From Octopus vulgaris (taxonomy: Eukaryota), in assembly GCA_951406725.2 (NCBI GenBank), contig OX597837.1, positions 27,528,001 to 27,592,000 on the forward strand: 64,000 nt of DNA. Reading direction: 5' to 3'. Positions 55,682 through 64,000 of the stretch are shown in pieces. A program made the translations under genes and the position numbers. Under the pieces are notes generated by a model. The model ran no database searches. It saw nothing but the letters and a program-made list of their open reading frames with translations, and was not told where the DNA came from. Positions within the stretch are counted from its first letter, which is position 1; each line of letters starts with the position of its first letter.

Positions 55682-55791
55682 TATATATATTGATAAAAAC
55701 GGTAAGATAACAAAAGAAAGAAAGAGACCTCGATATTATGTAAATAGAGGAAATTATCTGTAAATGTAATATGTGACAATTATTCGGTTGT

Positions 55792-55867
55792 CAAGATAAA
55801 ACTCCGAGTTTCGGATGCCGAGGTGGAAATTCATGCCGCCATCTCTTCAGTTCAGAGTTTTATCTTG
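55792..55867 (-). ncRNA. Hammerhead core inside a long hairpin (9-nt insertion before the core)
   Basis: Minus strand CAAGATAA-aactctgaa-CTGAAGA-GATG...CATC-C-GAAA-CTCGGAG-TT-TTATCTTG. Confidence 0.65.
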
Positions 55868-55961
55868 GCAAACGAATAATTTTCACATATTAAATTTACA
55901 GATATATATATATATATATATATATATCTGTAAATTTAATATGTGAAAATTATTCGTATTA

Positions 55962-56104
<143 letters not shown>

Positions 56105-56168
56105 CAGGAAGTTAATCATATAGCCGGTCATAGAGTAACCAATGGTTTCGCACCCATAAAGTGCTTAG

Positions 56169-56215
<47 letters not shown>

Positions 56216-56218
<3 letters not shown>

Positions 56219-56760
56219 CAGGTCACTTTCGAATGCTACTGGTAACATGTAACCTGTTGCATGGTCGGGTCGTCGGCGACTAAACCGGCAACCCCTCCAA
56301 GCTTGCTTGGTGAGGAGCATGTTTATTGGACACCCTGAGGGATGAAAAACAAAACCCGTCAAAGGGCGGAGGAACTCTTGAGAGTCAACGGCCATCCAAT
56401 AAATGTCTTCAGGATGTATCATGCACGGGGACATAGAAATAATTGGACTGAATACCCTATCGCGCGGTTAAACCATTGGGAGTGAAAGACTCCTAGCCTT
56501 TGTTAGGGCATCCTTCTAGGAGAAGGTAACTCAGGTAACTGGGATAACTCCGACATAAAACCTGCGGCTCAGTGGTTACCGATGATGTTGACTTGTTCTT
56601 CTTTTCGGATTATGGCTGCTGTTGCTTAGTGAGTGGGATTGACTCAGTGCACAGCCTTTCCTCACTTTAACAAAAAATCTTCTTGCACAAGCATTGCACG
56701 ATAACAACATTGATTAAGCTTCGTGCAATGGCCATACTCGATAACGAGGGGGCAGCCACC
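56216..56760 (+). mobile_element. Longer copy of the 41792-42272 repeat
   Basis: Direct sequence match; (TA)n on both flanks. Confidence 0.85.
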
Positions 56761-57221
56761 GTATAAATATATATATATATTTATATATAACTGTTATATT
56801 TTAAATTCTCTTTTTATTAATAATTTCACCCGCTGAACGGCGGCTATGTCGAAGCATCGCCTTTGATAGTTGTATGTTTATCATAAACACCTCAGTGTCC
56901 TGTTTACTTCTAAAATTTTGTTCTTAATTTTACTGATTGACCAAGATGGCATTTTGATATAACACCAGCGCTTTGGTTGCCCACAACGATGTGTCAAACA
57001 CACACACACAATAACAACAACAGCACGCACTTAGACTTTTTGAGGTTATATCACGAAAGTAACTCTTAAGACTAAATGCTTTATAAATGTAAATAAACAT
57101 TAATTAACCGAACTAATTAGTTCCCCTCCATTTTTAACATGTTTGTGTGAGTATATATATGTGTGAGTAGTGCGTATAGACGCACACGCGTACACAATGC
57201 ATATGTATTGTATATACACAA

Positions 57222-57283
<62 letters not shown>

Positions 57284-57823
57284 AGTCGTACACACACTGT
57301 GAGAGACGCACATATACGCACAACAAAAAATGTACATAAATCTACTCACACACGCACGCACACACAAACACACACACACACACACACACACTCAACACTT
57401 TAAGTCTTGATCAATATCTTTGCCTACATCCGGTTAAAATTTCTTCAAGTGTCTTGAATGGCTTGCTTAGAACCACTCAAATAAAAGACATTCTGATATT
57501 CCGTGAAGTAAAATTGTTACATAAATCGCCTTTATCAACGGCTGTTGATATTATTATAATATTTGTTGTATTATCTTAGGTCCGATCTGATCGTGCAGTT
57601 TCTAACCAAAGATTTTCCAGTTTTGTCCATGTCGTCCATTTTTTCCTTATGTTATTTTTGCCTCGGGTACAGGATATGGTAGCTCAGCTGCGTGACGTTG
57701 CATGTACGGCAAGTGAAGACCGGAGTCACAGCCAGAGACTCTAAACTCTTCCGTGTCTTGTGTTTGGAAATTGATTCTGACTCCTTGTTCAGTATTTTCG
57801 TCTGGATTTTCCCCTTGAGACGG

Positions 57824-58255
57824 CAGATCGAGAAATATTTTTTTTGTAACTAAACACTTTAAAACTTCGGACACTGGTAGAATGTGTCATGTAAAACATC
57901 TTTTACTCTTAGCATTTTTGAGAAAAACTTATATTTTCAAAGTTATTTCGTGTTAAAGTAGTCGTATTTCGATAATTTCAACCAATCAATGACGTGTATT
58001 CAGCTGAATAAAATTACTGCCGTTGTTTATCAACAAGAACTTCCGGCAGTGTATATTTCATTTGTCGCTGTTATTTATGACATTGTTCGTGCGTTTGTAC
58101 TGGTTTTAGCTTTAGGGTTAGGGTCAGGGTTAGGGTTTTAGGGTGAGGATTAGGGTTTTAGGAATAGGGTTAGTGTTAGGGTTTTAGGGTTAGAGTTAGA
58201 GTTAAGGTTTTAGAGTTAGGGTTAGGGTTTTAGGGTTAAGGTTCTATGGTTAGGG

Positions 58256-58257
<2 letters not shown>
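57824..58257 (+). mobile_element. Dispersed repeat running into a degenerate (TTAGGG)n array (58101-58257)
   Basis: The first ~185 bp (CAGATCGAGAAAT...) also occur at 48602-48785. Confidence 0.75.
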
Positions 58258-58333
<76 letters not shown>

Positions 58334-58379
58334 GTCTGTCTGTCTGTCTGTATATCTGTCTGTCTGTCTATCTGCCTGC

Positions 58380-58466
<87 letters not shown>

Positions 58467-58728
58467 ACTATCTATCTGATTGGGTTGCGGCTATAGTAGA
58501 AGACACTTGCTCAAGGTGCCACAATGTGGGATTGAACACGAAATTACAGGTTTGCGAAGCGAGCTTCTGAACTACATAGCCATGCCTGGCACACACACAC
58601 ACACACACACACAATTCATCAGGCGTTTTTATTAGCTTTCAGATGTGTATGTGTAGTTGTATGTGGAATTTGTATGTACGTACATACATATGTATGCAAG
58701 TATGTATGTATGTATGTGTGTGTGTGCA

Positions 58729-58784
<56 letters not shown>

Positions 58785-59094
58785 AGTATGTACCTACACA
58801 TTATTTTATAAGGAATAAAGTTAGTAACCAAAGAATAACAAAAGTATTTTTAGTGCCAACCTACACAAAATGGAATCGTGAGAACAGAGTAAATCTACAC
58901 AAATTCTTCATCTCTAAGAAGACACACAAACGCATACACACACACACACACACACACACCGATACATACAAACATACATACATACATATGTATGTGTGCG
59001 TGTATAAATATACAAACACAAAAACATTCACAAACAAATCGCTATGAATTTTACGTATTGTCGTACTCTTTTCCAAAGACACACACATACAAAG

Positions 59095-59168
<74 letters not shown>

Positions 59169-59308
59169 GTGAGTGAGATAGAGAAGATGGAAGAGAGAGA
59201 GAGAGAGAGAGAGGGAATGAGAGAGTTCTATAAAAGCCCAACACAAAATAAAAATACAGCACTGAAGTTGCACTCCACATTATTAAATTTCAATGGTGAT
59301 TATATTTC

Positions 59309-59660
59309 TAAACATGTAGCAAGGGCGGGTATATTGTTAAACGGGTGCATAGATAAATGTGCGGCAAAGTCAAGTATATCGTTACGCATGCAGCAATTCT
59401 GGATGTATTGTTGAACATGTTGCAATTGTTGAATGTATTGTCAAACATGTGGTGATATCAAGTGTATTGTTAAACATGCAGCAACGCCAGCTGTTAAAAC
59501 ATGTGGCAATGGTAGGCACATTGTTGAACACGTGGCAATGTTGAATGTATTGTTAAACATGCGGCAATGCTGAGAGTGTTGTTTAACATGTGGCAATAAC
59601 CGGAGTATTCTTAATCACGTGGCAATGCTGGGTGTATTGTTAAGCATATGGAAATATGGT
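59309..59660. repeat. Degenerate ~29-bp minisatellite
   Basis: AAACATGTGGCAATG.TGA.TGTATTGTT-like units at 59414, 59443, 59472, 59556 and 59585. Confidence 0.8.
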
Positions 59661-59718
59661 TATATTTAACAAGATCCTACATGTTGAGTATTGGAATATT
59701 TTGATAGTTCGCTCTCTT

Positions 59719-60049
59719 GCTGAGACCCCCTTCGGTCATGAATGACCATGGGATTGCACCTAGAAAGTTACCCTCCCAGGCGCAAGTCCGGGCAAGGTTG
59801 TTTATGGAAGACCAGCAGTCACCCATGCATACCGGCCTCCCCTCTCCACGCCACCAGTGTTATCCAAGGGAAAGGCATCAGCCGATACAGCTTGGCACCT
59901 GTGACATTGCAACTCATTTCTACAGCTGAGTGAACTGGAGCAACGTGAAATAAAATGTCTTGCTCAAGAACACAACACGCAGCCCGGTCCGGGATTCGAA
60001 CTCACAACGATCTAAGCTACGCTCTAGCCACTGAATCATGCGCCTTCAC
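59719..60049 (-). mobile_element. Full-length SINE family D with 13-bp TSD
   Basis: TSD AGTTCGCTCTCTT at 59706-59718 and 60050-60062. Confidence 0.9.
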
Positions 60050-60728
60050 AGTTCGCTCTCTTACTATTTGTTAAATAGATATATATTGCTGTAAAAATCC
60101 GTTATATGCGCCTGACGCAGTATTAGATTAAAATGGTCATTTACGCGCGTGCGCGCTCGCACACACGCACACACACACACACACACACACACGGTGATAC
60201 GGATACACACACACACGCACGGTGATACGAATACACACACACACATTAGTGCAGAAAATGAAATGAGTTAGAAGGGTTCAGTCAGCGCGCTCGTGTGAGT
60301 ACGTGTGTATATCTGTGTCTGCGTATGCGTGTGAATGAGTATATGAATGCGTGTGTGTGAATGACTGTGTACAAATGTGTGTAGCATGTGATAAAGTATT
60401 AAAAAAAATTGTATTTCCTGTATACAAAAGAATCCAGTGGAAATTCTGCAGGAGGAGGAGCACATACGTGTGAATACGAAAATACCATGAGAAGTGAAGG
60501 AGCAGACGATCGCCTCAGAGAATTGCCGCCATTTTTATAAACCAACCGTGGAAAGAAATAATGAAATTAAACTTATGACCTTTCTCCTTTATTTTCAATT
60601 GACTTGTTGGTACCGAGTGGAACTGGTGGGGAGGGTTTTCATTTTCTGGGTTGATTGACCATGGCTGTATAATGTAGTAGGCTGGATCCTCCTGGGGATT
60701 GAACCATTATACCAAAGAAATAGCAACA

Positions 60729-60797
60729 ATGAGTTCTTTTAAACAAATGCCACGGGTTAACGAGTATAATGAGGATAGAATGTTTCCCTTTCTCCCT
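60729..60797 (+). CDS. Candidate first coding exon (MSSFKQMPRVNEYNEDRMFPFLP)
   Basis: GCAACA-ATG context, upstream in-frame stop at 60678, 23 codons ending at a phase-0 GTAAGT donor, in non-repetitive DNA. Confidence 0.4.
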
Positions 60798-60939
60798 GTA
60801 AGTATGTATGTATGTCATTCAGTTTATTTCCAGATTGTTTGAAATAAAAAGAAAGAACCGGTTTCTAATCCAGATCCAAATTTCCTTCATTGGAATTTCA
60901 ACATCAACAACAGGGTTATATGGTTTTTTTTTGTTGTTG

Positions 60940-61240
60940 TTTGTTCCTTCTCGAGCCATGCCTGGCTCATAAGGGCCGGTTTCCCAGTGTCCTTGGCGTA
61001 TAGGTTCCCCACCTGGACGAGATGCCGGTCCGTCGTAGGTGAGCTGCAAGATACAGGAGGAAAGAGTGAGAGAAGGTTGTGGCGAAAGAGTCAGCAGAAG
61101 TTTCGCCATTACCTTCTGCCGGAGCCGCGTGGAGCTTAGGTGTTTCGCTCATAAACACACACATCCGATCTGAGATTCGAATCCGCGATCCCTCGACCGC
61201 GAGTCCGCTGCTCTAACCACTAGGGCATGTGCCTCCACAG
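60940..61240 (-). mobile_element. SINE with family C-like head and family E-like tail
   Basis: Head matches 23037-23158; tail GGGCCGGTTTCC...GGCGTAT matches 31790-31850. Confidence 0.8.
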
Positions 61241-61253
61241 GGTTATATGTATG

Positions 61254-61287
<34 letters not shown>

Positions 61288-61609
61288 TGTATGTATGTAT
61301 GTATGTATGTATGTACGTATGTATGTACGCATGTACGTACGTATGTATGTATGTATGTATGTATGTATGTATGTATGTATGTATGTATGTATGTATGTAT
61401 GTATGTATGTATGTATGTATGTATGTACGTATGTATGTATGTACGTACGTATGTATGTATGTATGTATGTATGTATGTATGTATGTATGTATGTATGTAT
61501 GTATGTATTATGTATGTATGTATGTATGTATGTATGTATGTATGTATGTATGTATGTATGTGTGTATGTATGTATGTATGTATGTATGTATGTATGTATG
61601 TGCAAATTT

Positions 61610-61860
61610 GTATTTTTCACGTATGTATTCTCATGCTAATAGTTGCATATCTAGGCATGCTCATATATATTTAAATGATAAACTTCTGGAAAGTTTTACA
61701 GATTTTTACAGTTCCAGTGATAGATTGGATCTGTAGTCTTCGAATTAGCTTTCTCCTTTCTGGTTTTGAGAAGCCTAATTGTTTTTTGTATTTGGGCAGT
61801 GTGTTATATATATCCCAGGGCCCTAATAATTACAGGTATAAATGTACCTATGTCTCATCT
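61610..61860 (-). mobile_element. 3' fragment of an RLE-type (R4/Dong-like) non-LTR retrotransposon
   Basis: Minus strand FIPVIIRALG and LIRRLQIQSITGTVKICKTF resemble the PVVIGALG...LQK...GT C-terminus; the 3' UTR matches 47346-47400. Confidence 0.6.
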
Positions 61861-62506
61861 ATTTTTTAAAATTATTATAAATCTTCCACTGAGGAGGGCG
61901 CCAGTTTCCAACAAAGATACAAGGCTCCAGCTTTGGGATGTAGCTAATACAGACAAATACAGACATTTGGAACTTGAGAAAAGTCTTGCATATTTTTACA
62001 GTTCTACTTACAGACTGGACTTGTAATGTAAAAATCAACAGGTCAATTTCTCTTTCTTCATCTGAAGAAGGAGCTGGTTTCTAACAAAGATACACTACTT
62101 GATTGGTGATTATTTTATCGACTCCGAAAGGATTAACAGCAAAGGTGACCTCAACAGAATTTGAACTCAGAATGTGAAGACGGACAAAATGTCCGGCGTT
62201 CTAATGATTCTGCCATCACGCCGTCCTGTATCAAATAATATTGATTTCAAACTTTGGCACAATGCCAGCAATTTCCGGGAATGGGATAAGTCGATTACGT
62301 CAACCCCAATGTTCAACTGTTACTTATTTTATCGACCCTGAAAGACTGAAACGCAAAGTCGGCTCCGGTGGCATTTGAACTCAGAAAATAAAGTCGGAAG
62401 AAATGCCACTAAACATTTTTTCCCGGTGTACTAATGGTTCTGCCAGCTCGCCGCCTTAATAATAATGATGATAATAATAATGATAATGATGATGATGATG
62501 ATGATG

Positions 62507-62537
<31 letters not shown>

Positions 62538-62722
62538 TAATTTTTTACGTTTATATATTTGTTGTGCAAGATTTTTGATGTGAAATCGTGTGTTGAAACA
62601 GATATTGTTGTATTTAGGAATAGTCATTTTGCCAGTTTAGCCAATAAAAACACACGCACTATATATTTGGTGTTACTTTGCTTCAGCGTTATATATTTTT
62701 TCATTAACCTTAATCTTATTTC

Positions 62723-62767
62723 GGCCAGAGTTCTTTCGTCACACTCCTGTGACCGCATCAGTGGTCC
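62723..62767 (-). ncRNA. Hammerhead-like motif, variant core CUGAUGC
   Basis: Minus strand ggaCCA-CTGATGC-G-GTCAC aggagt GTGAC-GAAA-GAAC-TC-TGGcc. Confidence 0.55.
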
Positions 62768-63228
62768 TTTGCTTTTTTTCTTTCTTTTTTGTGTGTCTCC
62801 CCTTACTAACCACAAAGGCTAATATAAATAAACATAAAGGACATACAATAACATTAAAAGACAAAAACCGGATGATACAATGGGTTTCCCTCGTGTAAAC
62901 AATAAAAAACAATAAATATTAAACAACGTAGGAGAGGCGCTTTAAAGGTCAGCGTGGAAAAAATTACAAAAGCTACCTGATCAACAGTCCAAGAACCCTT
63001 CTCCTTTTATTTTTACAGGTGTATACTCAGAATTGGTCCTTTCACACTGGCCATTCTTCCAACATTCACTTACCTTTCAGTAAATTTGCTAGAAGACAAC
63101 ACTTTCCTCTCCACCCTCACTTACCCCTTCAAGTGAAACTTGAAGAAGTTGATGTGGGCTCGGCCAAAGAAGAAAGTGTCTGACTTAAGCCCTTTTAGAC
63201 GAGTCCGCCATATTACCTCTTTCGCTAC

Positions 63229-63404
63229 AGCCTCTGATCATGTATGGAAAAATGGAGACCACCTCCCCCTGTGGGATGAAGTTAAAATAATAGGTAGAGA
63301 ACACCACTTGAAAATACTAAAAGAGGCAGCACATATGCTAGGACATAATAACCTCGTAAGCAGACCGAGTGCAGATATAAGTAGCATATGGGAACCGGTA
63401 TTAA
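63229..63404 (+). pseudogene. Penelope-like element GIY-YIG endonuclease C-terminal remnant
   Basis: SDHVWKNGDHLPLWDEVKIIGREHHLKILKEAAHM...VSRPSADISSIWEPVL resembles the PLE pattern EH.W...H...W..VKI...E......KEA.HI......NR......IW.P.L. Confidence 0.7.
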
Positions 63405-63645
63405 GGTCGGCGAGCAGGCAGAAACGTTAGCACGCCGGGCAAAATGCTTTGCGGAATTTCGTCTGCCGCTACGCTCTGAGTTCAAATTCCGCCGAGGTAG
63501 ACTTTGCCTTTCATCCTTTCGGGATCAATTAAATAAGTACCAGTTACGCACTGGGATCGATGTGATGTAATCGACTTAATCCGTTTGTCTGTCTTTCTTT
63601 GTCCCCTCTGTATTTAGCCCCTTGTGGGTAATAAATAAATAGGTA
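63405..63645 (+). mobile_element. SINE family B copy
   Basis: Matches family B. Confidence 0.88.
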
Positions 63646-63707
63646 TTAAGGAAGGATAGAAAAGAATAAGATTTATAAGGCCCAAAATTCACTCCATAAT
63701 TGCCCAC

Positions 63708-63945
63708 GGGCATATGGTGTAGTGGTTTAAAGCGCCGGCTACTAAGATACTAAGAATCCCAAGATTCCGAGTTCGATTCGAGGTAGTAACCTCAATAATA
63801 ATAATAATAATAATAGCATGGAAAAATAACTTAGGAATGAGAACCCAGGTTCGAAATTTCCCCAAGACACCTGATGAAGAGTGGAGGGTATATCATGTGT
63901 TAACAACAAATACGATGAAGACAAATATCCGTCGAACGTACATAG
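63708..63945 (+). mobile_element. tRNA-headed SINE carrying a hammerhead relic in its 3' part
   Basis: A box TGGTGTAGTGG, B box AGTTCGATTC; ACAC-CTGATGA-A...GTGT at 63867-63900. Confidence 0.65.
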
Positions 63946-64000
63946 TGTGAATAAGGTAAATAATTCTTCAACTGAATTTAATTTTAATGTTTCCTGGAGA

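Overview
AT-rich, repeat-saturated animal genomic DNA, probably intronic or intergenic. The SINE repertoire and the long (TA)n, (TACA)n and (GAT)n tracts resemble an octopus genome; this is pattern recognition, not a database result. No intact long gene is visible, and nearly all supplied ORFs are microsatellite read-throughs. Recognisable content: about 45 copies of tRNA-headed SINEs in at least 5 families; decayed CR1-, RTE-, R4/Dong- and Penelope-type retroelement fragments; a non-autonomous Helitron; a mariner MITE; a Tc1/mariner transposase remnant; a mutated tRNA-His; two satellites; and three weak candidate exons. The main discovery is about 20 minimal type I hammerhead-ribozyme (HHR) motifs on both strands. 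About a dozen have a complete fold and the rest are decayed. They sit in short non-coding elements inserted into microsatellites, often within long fold-back inverted repeats. They include a back-to-back double hammerhead, one in the loop of a 160-bp hairpin, and a four-copy family with a fixed non-canonical CUGUNGA core in which N7 takes all four bases. This looks like a diverse set of Penelope-derived or retrozyme-like ribozyme elements. Catalytic activity is untested. All folds were assigned by eye, and repeat boundaries are approximate.
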